This document shows, one piece after another, positions 48,124-58,190 of a stretch of DNA of 64,000 bases (within the stretch, counting starts at the first letter, position 1; each line of letters opens with the position of its first letter). The stretch comes from an uncultured Gammaproteobacteria bacterium. GTDB taxonomy: Bacteria > Patescibacteriota > Microgenomatia > UBA8517. The notes under the pieces are model-generated. The model made no database searches and was not told the DNA's origin. It saw only the letters and a list, made by a program, of their open reading frames with translations. The translations under genes and the position numbers were made by a program. The stretch lies in NCBI GenBank assembly GCA_964583685.1, contig CAZOVJ010000002.1, forward strand, positions 45,055 to 109,054, written 5' to 3'.

Positions 48124-48591
48124 TCAAAATGCAAAATTTCCCAATTTCGGTTTTACAAGTTTGCAATAATCCTGATACTCCATCTTGATAGACTTATCAT
48201 GCAATCCGGCATTGAAAACAATCTTTTTATTTCTATTCAAAGATTCATCCACATAAACAGGCAGATTGTGTAAATTACCTAGAGGGTGAATAGCTCCCAC
48301 CTTAATATCCATTAGTCGTTCGACCTCACCCGGAGTTGCCATGACCAGATTTTTAATCTTAAACATATTTTTAAACTTCCGGGTATCAACCTTTTTATCA
48401 CCAGAAATAACTATCATAATCGGCCTCTTATCAGCCAAAAAAATAAGAGCCTTGGCCCCAATTCTTAAACTTGTACCTCGAAGTTTTGCTGCCTGCTCAC
48501 TGGTAAAAACCGGCTTATGCTCTAAAAGCTGATACTTAATATTCTTATTTGATAAAAGTTTGATAATCCTCTGAAAAACTAGCTCGCTCAC
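48124..48591 (-). CDS. YbaK/ProX-type aminoacyl-tRNA deacylase
   Basis: Size and motifs of the YbaK family. Confidence 0.65.
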   Translation of the reverse strand: MSELVFQRIIKLLSNKNIKYQLLEHKPVFTSEQAAKLRGTSLRIGAKALIFLADKRPIMIVISGDKKVDTRKFKNMFKIKNLVMATPGEVERLMDIKVGAIHPLGNLHNLPVYVDESLNRNKKIVFNAGLHDKSIKMEYQDYCKLVKPKLGNFAF

Positions 48592-49982
48592 CTTTTCTTT
48601 TTTATAACCCTTATCTTGAGTTCTTTAAGCTGCTCTTCAGTCGCCTCACTGGGAGCATCCATTACTGCAGTCGTTCCGCTTGCAGTCGTGGGAAAAGCGA
48701 TTACTTCACGAAGGCTTGGCTCCCCAAGAACAACCATTAAAAATCTATCAATTCCCAATGCAATCCCACCGTGAGGCGGCACACCATAGGTAAAGGCAGT
48801 TAACATGTGTTCAAACTGCCTCTTCTGTCTCTCAGTAAATCCAATCAACTCAAAAACTTTCTCTTGAATCTCTGTTTGGTGAATTCTAATACTTCCACCA
48901 CCTACTTCGTGGCCATTTAAAACCATATCATGTTGAAGCCCTCGTACCTTCATAGGATCTTTATCAAGTAAAGGAATGTCATCAGGTCGTGGTGCTGTAA
49001 ACATATGATGAGACGGAGCGAATTTGGCACCTGCACCATGAAAGAAATCTTCTTTTGTTTGTTTTACAAAAAGTGGAAAGTCAACAATCCAGACAAAGGC
49101 CAGCTCATCGGGATTATCCTTGTCTTTTCTGAGATCCGGCTTGTCGCTACCATATTTTTTCAAGGCTTCCTTATGGGAAATTCTAGGCCAAGGCAATTTT
49201 CTAATCTTTTTATCTGGAAAAACTTCTTTAATTAATTTTGTAAAAAGTCTCTCTGTAATACTCAAAATATCTTCCTGCTTAACAAAGCTCATCTCCAAAT
49301 CAAGTTGGGTAAACTCACCATAGGCCCTGTCAGCTCGCGGGTCTTCATCCCTGAAGCACCTAGCTATCTGAAAATATCTTTCAAACCCGGCAACCATCAA
49401 AAGTTGCTTGTACTGTTGAGGAGATTGGGGAAGAGCATAGAACTTCCCCGGCTGAAGCCTTGAAGGAACAATAAAATCTCTTGCTCCCTCAGGAGTGGTT
49501 TTGGTCAAAATCGGAGTTTCTATTTCAATAAAATCTCGGTTTATCAAAAATTCTCTTATAAATTGGCTTGTTTGTGAACGAAGCTCCATGTTTCTAACCA
49601 TTCTTCTACATCTCAAGTCAAGATATCGGTATTTGAGTCTCTTTGACTCCTCTATGTCCCGGCCATCTACACTAATGGGGATGGGTAGTTCTTTGGCAAG
49701 AGACAAAATCTTAAATTCCTCAACCTTTACTTCAAGTCTACCTGTTATCAGTTTGGAGTTAATAAGTTCTTCCGGTCGTTTATTGACCTTTCCCACAATC
49801 TCAACAACACTTTCCATTGTTAATTTCGGTAGCTTGTCCACGACACACTGAACTATTCCAGTCCTGTCGCGAAGGTCAATGAAAATTATTTGGCCATGGT
49901 CACGAATACTGTTTACCCAACCCTGTAGTTTTATTCTCTGACCAATTTTATTGACAGTATCCTTACTTAAAGTCCGCTCCAT
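48588..49982 (-). CDS. aspS: Aspartyl-tRNA synthetase (short archaeal/non-discriminating type)
   Basis: N-terminal OB fold (GWVNSIRDHGQIIFIDLRDRTG) plus class II motifs. Confidence 0.9.
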   Translation of the reverse strand: MERTLSKDTVNKIGQRIKLQGWVNSIRDHGQIIFIDLRDRTGIVQCVVDKLPKLTMESVVEIVGKVNKRPEELINSKLITGRLEVKVEEFKILSLAKELPIPISVDGRDIEESKRLKYRYLDLRCRRMVRNMELRSQTSQFIREFLINRDFIEIETPILTKTTPEGARDFIVPSRLQPGKFYALPQSPQQYKQLLMVAGFERYFQIARCFRDEDPRADRAYGEFTQLDLEMSFVKQEDILSITERLFTKLIKEVFPDKKIRKLPWPRISHKEALKKYGSDKPDLRKDKDNPDELAFVWIVDFPLFVKQTKEDFFHGAGAKFAPSHHMFTAPRPDDIPLLDKDPMKVRGLQHDMVLNGHEVGGGSIRIHQTEIQEKVFELIGFTERQKRQFEHMLTAFTYGVPPHGGIALGIDRFLMVVLGEPSLREVIAFPTTASGTTAVMDAPSEATEEQLKELKIRVIKKKR

Positions 49983-49992
49983 CTTCCCAATT

Positions 49993-51501
49993 TTACCCTT
50001 TTCCTTCCTCTTTTCTCAAATACTTATTTATCTCTTGTCTGGCTGTTGTAGTTACGACAAACTTTAACCAATCGGAATTTGCTTTTCTTGGATTTTTAGT
50101 TTTAATTATCTCCACCACCTGACCACTTTCCAATTGAAAGTCCAAGGGAACCATCTTGCCATCAACCTTTGCTCCCTTGACCCACTTTCCCAAATCAGTG
50201 TGGACGGCAAAGGCAAAATCCACAGGAGTTGCTCCAAAGGGCAAATCAAAAACATCTCCCTTGGGTGAAAAAATAAAATTCCTATGACGCAAAGCATCGA
50301 ACTTAACTGCTCTTAAAAACTCTTTTGGGTCAGTCATTTCCTCCTGCCATCTGACCAATTCCTTAACCCAAGAAAGTTTTTCTTTATCCATTTTTATTCT
50401 CCCTTTCTCTAATTGCTCATCCTTCGCCCCCTTTAACTTGACAGCCGCATAAACCCAGTGGCTAGCAACACCAAATTCTGCCTGTTTATGCATCTTATGA
50501 GTTCTAATCTGAATCTCAACAATTCTCCCCCTTGGCCCGAAAACCTTTGTATGAATAGAGCGGTAGCCATTAGGTTTTGGCTGAGCAATAAAATCAGAAA
50601 TTCCTATGTGGGGAACTGGCTTGTAAGCACCATGGACAATTCCCAGAGTTGTATAACATTGACTAATCTTATTAACTAAAATCCTTAAGGCAACAATATC
50701 ATTTATTTTATTAAAATCCTGGTTTATCTCTTTGCGTTCCAGTTTCCCCCATAAAGAATACAATCCCTTTTTACGGCCAGAAATCTTCGCTTTTATTTTT
50801 TCCTCTATCAGTTTTTGTAATAAAACCCTTTTCATCTTTTTCATATCTTCTGCTGCCTTTTTATAATGGGGCTTGGCTATAAATTGAAGTCTTCGGTAAT
50901 GCTCAGGGTAAACATAGGGAAAAGCTAAATCTTCAAGTTGGGTTTTAGCTTCACCAATACCCAAACGCTCAGCCAGGGGGGCATAGATATCTAAAGTCTC
51001 CTGGCCATTTTCTTTTTGTTTCTCCAGGGGAAGAGCTGAAAGGGTCTCCAAATTGTGAAGCCTGTCAGCGAGTTTGACCAAGATAACCCTTAAATCTTTA
51101 GCCATAACCAAGAGCATTTTCCTTAAATTTTCTATAAACTCTTCTTCTCTGCTGCCTTTAAGCCGGATGTTGGTAACCTTGGTCACTCCATCAACAAGCT
51201 GGGCCACCTCCTCCCCAAAACCCTTAACAATGTCTTTACGGGTCGCCCCGCCGTCTTCAACTGTATCGTGTAATAAACCAGCAATAATTGAGGTTGTATC
51301 TAATTCCCAACCTGCCAATTTTTGGCTAACCCTAAGTGGATGAAAAACAAAATCCTCACCAGAAAGTCTTTTTTGCCCTACATGAGCAATTTTGCTGAAT
51401 TTCCAAGCCTGCTTAATCTGGCTAATATTGGCTTGAGGATTATAAGATTCAACCAAAGCCAATAGTCCCTTAAACTCCTTTTCCAGGCTCCCTTTCTCCA
51501 T
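49993..51501 (-). CDS. Short Rel/SpoT-homolog (p)ppGpp synthetase/hydrolase
   Basis: HD motif HDTVED and the synthetase domain (YRSIHT). Confidence 0.85.
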   Translation of the reverse strand: MEKGSLEKEFKGLLALVESYNPQANISQIKQAWKFSKIAHVGQKRLSGEDFVFHPLRVSQKLAGWELDTTSIIAGLLHDTVEDGGATRKDIVKGFGEEVAQLVDGVTKVTNIRLKGSREEEFIENLRKMLLVMAKDLRVILVKLADRLHNLETLSALPLEKQKENGQETLDIYAPLAERLGIGEAKTQLEDLAFPYVYPEHYRRLQFIAKPHYKKAAEDMKKMKRVLLQKLIEEKIKAKISGRKKGLYSLWGKLERKEINQDFNKINDIVALRILVNKISQCYTTLGIVHGAYKPVPHIGISDFIAQPKPNGYRSIHTKVFGPRGRIVEIQIRTHKMHKQAEFGVASHWVYAAVKLKGAKDEQLEKGRIKMDKEKLSWVKELVRWQEEMTDPKEFLRAVKFDALRHRNFIFSPKGDVFDLPFGATPVDFAFAVHTDLGKWVKGAKVDGKMVPLDFQLESGQVVEIIKTKNPRKANSDWLKFVVTTTARQEINKYLRKEEGKG

Positions 51502-51504
51502 GCT

Positions 51505-53178
51505 CTATTTTAACCTTAAATCTTTTATTTTCAATTGTAATTTCCTATTTCCATTCCAAACATTCTCTTCCAAACTATAGACGACATCAATAGTCATGGC
51601 TGGTGAAAGATTGGGAGAATAATTTCCAAAATTGAAAGCAATGGCTTCAAAAATTCTTTCCTTGTTTTCAAGTTTTAATTGCAAATGTTTTCCTCCGTTG
51701 CCGACGTTTCTCAATCCAACAATTTTTACATTCTTGGTCAGGAATATGGGCCTGGGGTTAGCAAGACCTGTTGGCTCAAAAGAGGAAATGATATCCTCCA
51801 GCTCCCAGTTTAAATGACTAAAGTCCAATTCCAAATCGATTTTGAATCTTCTGGTCAAAATATCAGTTGTGAGTTGGGGAACTGAAGCATCATTAAATCT
51901 TTGTCTAAATTCTTCAATCTTCTCTGTGGAAATACTGAATCCAGCGGCCATGGGATGACCTCCTCCCTCGATTAATAATTCATCTAGTTCTCTTATTGCC
52001 TCAATGATATTAAAGCCAGGAATTGACCGAGCCGAGGCCTTGGCAACTTCTCCCTTCTTGGCCAGTATAATTGTCGGACGATAAAACTCCGCAACCAGGC
52101 GACTGGCTACCAAACCAATAACTCCCTCGTGATAAGATTCACTGGCAAGAACTATCACACTTTGCTGTTCCTGTTTTCTCACTGTTTCCCTAGCTTGCGT
52201 CACTACTTTTTTAACCACCTGCTGGCGCTGGATATTTGTTTTATTTAAATTCAGAGCCAATTCTTTCGCTTTTCTCTCATCTCTAGTGCAAAGAAGTTCC
52301 AGTGACTTAATCGCTTTTCCCATTCTTCCCATAGCATTAATTCGCGGAGCAATAACAAAACCAAGATGATAAGTAGTCACATTCTTAGGATTTAAACCGC
52401 TAATTTCAAAAAGAGAAAGAAGTCCTAGTCTTTCAGTATTTTTTAATTCTTCCAGGCCGTATTTAAGCAAACTCCGATTGGCGCCGATAAGGGGTAGTTG
52501 GTCAGCAACCGTGCCAATAGCCACAAGCTCTAAGTCCCTTTGTGGGAGATTTTTGAATTTTTTTACAATTTCCTTAGCCACTATCCAAGCAACTGCCGAG
52601 CCACTAATCTTTTGACTGTGAATAATGGCCTGAGCTCTGGGTTTGGTCTTCCCCGGTTGATGATGGTCTGTAATCACCACATCTATCCCCAAATCTCGGG
52701 CAAAATCTACTTGCTTATTGGCAACAATTCCCTGGTCAACTGTAAAAATAAGACCTAACCCAGGATTTTCTTCCTTAAGCCTCTTTAAGGTTTCATTCTT
52801 GAGACCATAACCTTCTGAAAATCTTTCCGGTATATAGGGAAAGGTATCTGCCCCCAATTTCTCCAAACATTCCCATAAAATCGCAGTGGCGCAAACACCA
52901 TCAGCGTCATAATCTCCATAGACAACTATTTTTTCATTGTCGTTTATGGCCTGTTTTAAGCGATTTGCCGCTTTGCCAATCTCTTTTTGAGAAATCCCCA
53001 GCTCTTTTAAGCTCAACTTTTCTGCTGGAGTGGGGTTAAAAAATTCTTTTTTTTCTTTCTCGGTCTTTATTCCCCGATTTTTAAGAAGAATATCAACAAT
53101 TGGCCTGTGAACGGTGGTTGGTGTACGGTGGTCGGTGTACGGTGACTGGTGGAGAATTTCCCATTTTTTACTATTCAT
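51505..53178 (-). CDS. recJ: Single-stranded-DNA exonuclease RecJ
   Basis: DHH motifs (DYDADGVCA, DHH) and the DHHA1 domain. Confidence 0.85.
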   Translation of the reverse strand: MNSKKWEILHQSPYTDHRTPTTVHRPIVDILLKNRGIKTEKEKKEFFNPTPAEKLSLKELGISQKEIGKAANRLKQAINDNEKIVVYGDYDADGVCATAILWECLEKLGADTFPYIPERFSEGYGLKNETLKRLKEENPGLGLIFTVDQGIVANKQVDFARDLGIDVVITDHHQPGKTKPRAQAIIHSQKISGSAVAWIVAKEIVKKFKNLPQRDLELVAIGTVADQLPLIGANRSLLKYGLEELKNTERLGLLSLFEISGLNPKNVTTYHLGFVIAPRINAMGRMGKAIKSLELLCTRDERKAKELALNLNKTNIQRQQVVKKVVTQARETVRKQEQQSVIVLASESYHEGVIGLVASRLVAEFYRPTIILAKKGEVAKASARSIPGFNIIEAIRELDELLIEGGGHPMAAGFSISTEKIEEFRQRFNDASVPQLTTDILTRRFKIDLELDFSHLNWELEDIISSFEPTGLANPRPIFLTKNVKIVGLRNVGNGGKHLQLKLENKERIFEAIAFNFGNYSPNLSPAMTIDVVYSLEENVWNGNRKLQLKIKDLRLK

Positions 53179-53209
53179 AAAATTCCTCTTGAAGTATAAT
53201 GTTATCGTA

Positions 53210-54598
53210 ATGCAATTTAAGTTACCAGCAGAAATTATAAAAATTTTAAGAAAATTTGAGAATGCCGGATTTGAAATTTATATTGTCGGCGGTGCAGTGC
53301 GTGATCTCCTCATGGCCAGGCTGGTTAATGATTGGGATTTTACAACCAATGCCACTCCGGAAGAAATCTTAAAGCTCCTTCCTAAGGGATTTTACGATAA
53401 CAGATTTGGAACTGTTGGCCTAGTCAGTAAATTGGGCCCCAAACCCCATGAAATAACAACCTTTAGAACCGAGGTTGGTTACTCAGACAAAAGACACCCT
53501 GACAAAGTAGTTTGGGATAAAACTCTTAACCAAGACCTAGCCAGACGAGATTTCACCATTGATGCTATGGCCTTGCAGTTAAAAGCCAGGGGCAGCCTAC
53601 GCCTGTTTGACCCTTTTAATGGCCAAGAGGATTTAAAAAAGAAGCTTATTCGGGCCGTTGGCCATCCTCAAGATAGATTTTCTGAAGATGCCCTGCGTAT
53701 GCTACGGGCAATAAGAATTGCCACAGAATTAGGATTTACTATTGAAGAAAAAACCTTTGCTGCAATAAAGATGAACGCCACTTTAATCAATAAAATCGCC
53801 AAAGAGAGAATCCGCGATGAGTTTCTGAAAACACTTGCCTCGCCTCATCCTTACGAAGGCCTAATAATGTTAAAAAGTTCTGCTTTGATGCAGGAAATTC
53901 TCCCAGAATTTGAAAAAACATTTGGAGTAGAGCAAAAATGTCCTGGGAGGCACCATATTTATGATGTCGGGACCCATAGCCTTTTATCACTCAAAAATTG
54001 CAAGTCATTAGACCACATTGTCCGCCTGGCAACACTAATTCACGACATCGGTAAACCAAAAACCTATAAAAAGATGGCTAATGGGACAATAACTTTTTAC
54101 AATCACGAGGTTGTCGGAGCAAAAATTGCCAAAAGAATAGCTAAAAGACTGAGGTTTTCAAAAAAACAAAGAGAGAGATTAATAAAATTAGTGCGCTGGC
54201 ATCAGTTTACTGTTGATGAAAGGCAAACCGACTCGGCTATCAGACGCTTTATCAAACGAGTTGGTAAAGAGAACATTCTTGATATCCTCGATTTGCGAGT
54301 GGCTGATAGACTTGGTGGAGGAGCAAGAGAAACCTCTTGGAGACTTGAAGAATTCAAAAAACGCTTAATCGCCGTCCAAAAACAACCCTTTACTATCCAG
54401 GATATAAAAATCAGCGGCCATGATGTTATGAAAGAACTCGGCTTAAAACCTGGGCCAAAGGTTGGAGAAATTCTTGAACAGCTTTACCAAGAAGTTGTTG
54501 CCAAAAAACTGGGAAATGACAAAAAAGCCTTATTAAATCGCCTGAAGGAAATTAGACCTCCCCACATCAAGAAACCAGGTCAACTTCGTCGCCGATAA
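53210..54598 (+). CDS. cca: CCA-adding enzyme / tRNA nucleotidyltransferase with HD domain. The start is taken at 53210 (MQFKLPAEII); the ORF track extends to 53114.
   Basis: IYIVGGAVRDLL...DWDF head motif and an HD domain. Confidence 0.85.
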   Translation: MQFKLPAEIIKILRKFENAGFEIYIVGGAVRDLLMARLVNDWDFTTNATPEEILKLLPKGFYDNRFGTVGLVSKLGPKPHEITTFRTEVGYSDKRHPDKVVWDKTLNQDLARRDFTIDAMALQLKARGSLRLFDPFNGQEDLKKKLIRAVGHPQDRFSEDALRMLRAIRIATELGFTIEEKTFAAIKMNATLINKIAKERIRDEFLKTLASPHPYEGLIMLKSSALMQEILPEFEKTFGVEQKCPGRHHIYDVGTHSLLSLKNCKSLDHIVRLATLIHDIGKPKTYKKMANGTITFYNHEVVGAKIAKRIAKRLRFSKKQRERLIKLVRWHQFTVDERQTDSAIRRFIKRVGKENILDILDLRVADRLGGGARETSWRLEEFKKRLIAVQKQPFTIQDIKISGHDVMKELGLKPGPKVGEILEQLYQEVVAKKLGNDKKALLNRLKEIRPPHIKKPGQLRRR

Positions 54599-55151
54599 TC
54601 ATCACTCGGCTACCAGCAAGAATTCCCTGTAAAAAGGGGTCCCTACGCTTTTTTCTAAATTCAAATTCATCCCTGCTCATTACCGTGTAATTTATCTCTT
54701 TGCCTCTCCTTGATTCTTCAGCCCGTATAAGAGCAGCCAGTTCGGGTAGTACAATCTCTCCCGCTACAAGAATATCTACTTCATCTTCTTTTTTATGTTT
54801 TTTATGACGAACAAATCTACCAGAAAACATGACAAAAGAAGGCTTACCAATTTTATTCTTATTGGCAATAATTTGCGCCCCCAGACCGACTGATTTTGCC
54901 ACCATTGAAATTAAATCTCCAGAGAATAAATAATCATTCCTCAGCCAATAATAAATTCTATTGCCACGAGGTTCTTTTTTTAATATTCCGGCTGATTCCA
55001 TACGAGTAAGTTCTCGTCTGACTGCATTTATCTCCTCTTTTACTTCTCGGACAACGCCTCGCACATGATACATCTCAGTCGGATTGGCAAAATAAAGCTC
55101 TAATAGCTTTATCCTGACCCTTGAGGTAATAATGTCATTAAGCTCAGCCAT
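54567..55151 (-). CDS. Winged-helix DNA-binding protein (putative regulator)
   Basis: N-terminal wHTH-like region; C-terminal basic domain. Confidence 0.35.
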   Translation of the reverse strand: MAELNDIITSRVRIKLLELYFANPTEMYHVRGVVREVKEEINAVRRELTRMESAGILKKEPRGNRIYYWLRNDYLFSGDLISMVAKSVGLGAQIIANKNKIGKPSFVMFSGRFVRHKKHKKEDEVDILVAGEIVLPELAALIRAEESRRGKEINYTVMSRDEFEFRKKRRDPFLQGILAGSRVMIIGDEVDLVS

Positions 55152-55175
55152 TCTTCTGAAGGGCAGGGGTTCTAT

Positions 55176-56390
55176 CTAATAATCAATCTCGTTTCCAGCA
55201 GGCACTGCTTCTATCCAAATCGGTCCTCTAACAAAAGCAATCTCGCTACCTTTATCATCGAAAAATCTTGTCCTACTTTCTCTGGACTGTTTTTTCCAAG
55301 TACCTTCAATAACCTCCCCGTTTTGGAAAAGCAACATCTTACCATTACCGATTGTCTTATAACTCATATGTTTATTTCTGTCAATGGGTCCACGTTCAAC
55401 CACAAACATAATAACAACATTCTTAGCTGAAATTTGTTGATTGTCATAGGCTAAATCTGTAAGTGACTCCCCTCCGTTAAATCTTAAATAACTATTTGTT
55501 GATGAATCGTATTTCCATTCAACATTATACTCCAGTTGACTACTCCAAAATTCAAATGAAATGTTAGTAGCCTGAGAAGAATCTACTGGCCCATCGTCTA
55601 TAAATCTCCAAGAAACAAATTTCTCATCCCATGAATTTCCAGCTTCATCTTTGGCAACAAAACCTCGTTTGCTTGCTTCGTCATAGGCAGCATCTGTAGA
55701 GACCATCATTGTATGCTCAGAAGCTACTGTCCTGCCCAATCTTTCAAGATTGCGCCAAAAGACAGGTAAACCTGAATCATAGGTTGTATCCAGATCATTT
55801 CCCTTGGGAACTCTCCAGCCAAGGGTTGAGAGGGCCTCCAAAGCTCTTACCTCCCGAGCCGTATCCCCATAACCAGCATAATCATTAGCACCACCAACAT
55901 GGACAAAGATAGGATTCTCTCCATACTCGGCCGCCCAGTCAATATAATAAATTCTTGCACTTCTTACAGGAGCCAGGTTTATGTTTTCTGCTGCCGCTCC
56001 GCAATAAAAAATAGCCAAAAAACGAGTTATTCCACCTTCGGCTACAGCTTCGTAAACAACATCTGCCTTAGACAGACCAGAAGGTGGCCGCGAATCCAGA
56101 TGATTCTCAATCATCACCGCCAAAGGGCGTCTTTCTTCCCATATATCCTTTTCAATCCTGGTAAACATTCCACCATTAAGAGGACAGGCTTCAGTCTTTG
56201 GCAAATCAATGTTTATCTTTGAACGAACTGACTGAAGCTCATCAGAAACAACTTCCAAACTAGGCTCGGTTGCCAAGTAGGAAAATAGTGCCCAAGAAGT
56301 ACCAGTTGAAATCAAATATAGGCCGATAAAACCCAAAAAGGCCATAAATTTTTTGCTTGTCAGAAATACTAATATTTTGTTATTTTTCAT
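55176..56390 (-). CDS. DUF3048 domain lipoprotein/secreted protein
   Basis: N-terminal signal/TM; PLAVMIENHLDSRPPSGLSKADVVYEAVAEGGITRFLAIF fits DUF3048. Confidence 0.55.
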   Translation of the reverse strand: MKNNKILVFLTSKKFMAFLGFIGLYLISTGTSWALFSYLATEPSLEVVSDELQSVRSKINIDLPKTEACPLNGGMFTRIEKDIWEERRPLAVMIENHLDSRPPSGLSKADVVYEAVAEGGITRFLAIFYCGAAAENINLAPVRSARIYYIDWAAEYGENPIFVHVGGANDYAGYGDTAREVRALEALSTLGWRVPKGNDLDTTYDSGLPVFWRNLERLGRTVASEHTMMVSTDAAYDEASKRGFVAKDEAGNSWDEKFVSWRFIDDGPVDSSQATNISFEFWSSQLEYNVEWKYDSSTNSYLRFNGGESLTDLAYDNQQISAKNVVIMFVVERGPIDRNKHMSYKTIGNGKMLLFQNGEVIEGTWKKQSRESRTRFFDDKGSEIAFVRGPIWIEAVPAGNEIDY

Positions 56391-56851
56391 TTTTTCGCTT
56401 GCTCAATAGCCCTTTCTTCCTCTCTGGATAATTCATAAGAGCTTTCACCTTTTTTAACTGGTTTCACATAAATTCGTGTCCTCTCGCGAGCATGCAATCC
56501 AGTAATAACAACCCCCGAACTCTCTCCGTCTAAAATAGCCAAAGAAAAACTGTGTTCTCCTCCTGTTTCATTAAAAGGATTAAAGCGCATAAAACCTATT
56601 TTTTGGATATGAAAAAGGCTCTTTTTTTTAATCCCCTTGATATCTATTTTTAAAGATGCCAATTCTTTCCTGTTTCTTGTCTCTGCTTTTAATATTTTAT
56701 CTAAAATCTTTTGTAAATTTTCTTTTTTTGCACCCTTACTTAGCCTTTGATAATGGCTGAGTAATAAATAAAAAACCAGGCTCAAGACTACTAGCCAGGC
56801 TCCGAAAACAACTAATATTACAGGTAAAAAATTTCCTAAATTAAAAATCAC
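56387..56851 (-). CDS. DUF4446-like membrane-anchored protein
   Basis: N-terminal TM helix; coupled to the DUF3048 gene. Confidence 0.35.
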   Translation of the reverse strand: MIFNLGNFLPVILVVFGAWLVVLSLVFYLLLSHYQRLSKGAKKENLQKILDKILKAETRNRKELASLKIDIKGIKKKSLFHIQKIGFMRFNPFNETGGEHSFSLAILDGESSGVVITGLHARERTRIYVKPVKKGESSYELSREEERAIEQAKK

Positions 56852-57189
56852 ACCACCCTAGCTCTTTGATCTGGAATGAGTAACATTTTGACTCAATCAT
56901 TTTATGCATTTGTCATTCTCCCTGTCAAGGAGAAAATCCTGTCTGCACCCAGGCCTGCCTCGCCGAATCAAGGCGGGCAAGCCTGCTGTCAAGAGGCAAA
57001 TCAAAATCAGGCTCAGAATAAATTAGCAACCGCCCATTCTTTAAAAAATACCGATTCTTCGGAAAATATCTCCTCTACAGGGAAGAACAAGAGGAAACAA
57101 CAAGCTACCTTTCTCAATCTTCTTCATTTTCAGCCTGAGAAAGAATGTTATACTTAGGCACATAACCGAGAGGAGGTGAATAATAAAAA

Positions 57190-57324
57190 ATGTTTTATTG
57201 CGTTAAGTGTCGTGCCAAGAGAAAAGGTAAAGACCCTAAGCCCTACACAATGAAAAATGGGAAAAAAGCAACAACTGCTACCTGTGAAGTCTGTGGCACC
57301 AAAATGTTCCGAATCGGAGGATAA
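57190..57324 (+). CDS. Small zinc-ribbon protein (44 aa, 2 x CxxC), missed by the ORF track
   Basis: MFYCVKCRAKRKG...ATCEVCGTKMFRIGG; a strong RBS gagaggaggtga lies 8 nt upstream. Confidence 0.5.
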   Translation: MFYCVKCRAKRKGKDPKPYTMKNGKKATTATCEVCGTKMFRIGG

Positions 57325-57342
57325 TCTCCTACGAAGATAATA

Positions 57343-57378
57343 TAAATAAAGAGGAATCCCGGTTAAATACCGGATTCC
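57343..57378. terminator. Bidirectional rho-independent terminator between the zinc-ribbon gene and the convergent membrane-protein gene
   Basis: ggaatcccgg-ttaaata-ccggattcc followed by TTTTT. Confidence 0.6.
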
Positions 57379-57396
57379 TTTTTGTCAGCTTACTAC

Positions 57397-58089
57397 TCAC
57401 TTACGAATCTTCTCGTACCACTCGTCAAGAATTTTGGCAACAACGTCCTTGGCCCCAAGTCCAACAGAAAGACCAACCACTAAAACAATGGTATAGGTTA
57501 ACCCCTGGAAAAAAGTGGCAGTCAACCCTTGGGCAATCTGCAATTGGTCTATGGCGGCAAAAAAGACAATTATCAAAATTAACCAACGAGCAAGTTTACC
57601 AATCGGCTTAGCTATAGCATGATCAAAAGATGCCAGGAATCCCCTAACCAGGCCGTCTGCCACTCCAGCCACTATATAACCAGCAGCCAGAATCAGAGCA
57701 GCAGCAATCACATTTGGCAGATAACCAATAACCCTCAAAAGAGCCTGAGAAACAATACTCAAGCCCAAAATTTCAACAAAGGCAAGAAAGAAAATTAAAA
57801 TAATCAGCCACTCGACTAGGGTTCCTAAAAGTTCAATAAAGGTAAAACGAACCTCTGCCTTGGCCAAATACTGGTCAATTTTGGCCATTTTGGTTAATTT
57901 TTCTAAACGCACCAGCTTTAAAAGTTTAACAATCAAATATTTCGCCCAATAAGCTAATATCAAACCAACAACAAGAACCAAAATCCCTCCCAGTATGTTT
58001 GGCAATACACTGGTAAAGGCAAGCCAGACTTCCCACCAAGAAGCAATTAAGGCGCTTTGCCAAGAAGAAAAAGTCTCCAAATTTGTCAC
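57397..58089 (-). CDS. Polytopic membrane protein, MscS-related/mechanosensitive-channel-like
   Basis: Five or more TM helices; resembles the 41284-41679 product. Confidence 0.45.
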   Translation of the reverse strand: MTNLETFSSWQSALIASWWEVWLAFTSVLPNILGGILVLVVGLILAYWAKYLIVKLLKLVRLEKLTKMAKIDQYLAKAEVRFTFIELLGTLVEWLIILIFFLAFVEILGLSIVSQALLRVIGYLPNVIAAALILAAGYIVAGVADGLVRGFLASFDHAIAKPIGKLARWLILIIVFFAAIDQLQIAQGLTATFFQGLTYTIVLVVGLSVGLGAKDVVAKILDEWYEKIRK

Positions 58090-58160
58090 CCCCCTTCTCC
58101 TTTCTTAAATATCTGTCTTTTCCATTTTCACAAATTTTTAACACAAATGTCAAGAAAGAA

Positions 58161-58190
58161 AAAAGCTCGCGGAAAAGCGAGCTTTTTTCT
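58161..58190. terminator. Hairpin plus U-run terminator just 3' of rnpB (functional on the minus strand)
   Basis: aagctcgc-ggaaaa-gcgagctt, with T/A runs on both sides. Confidence 0.6.
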
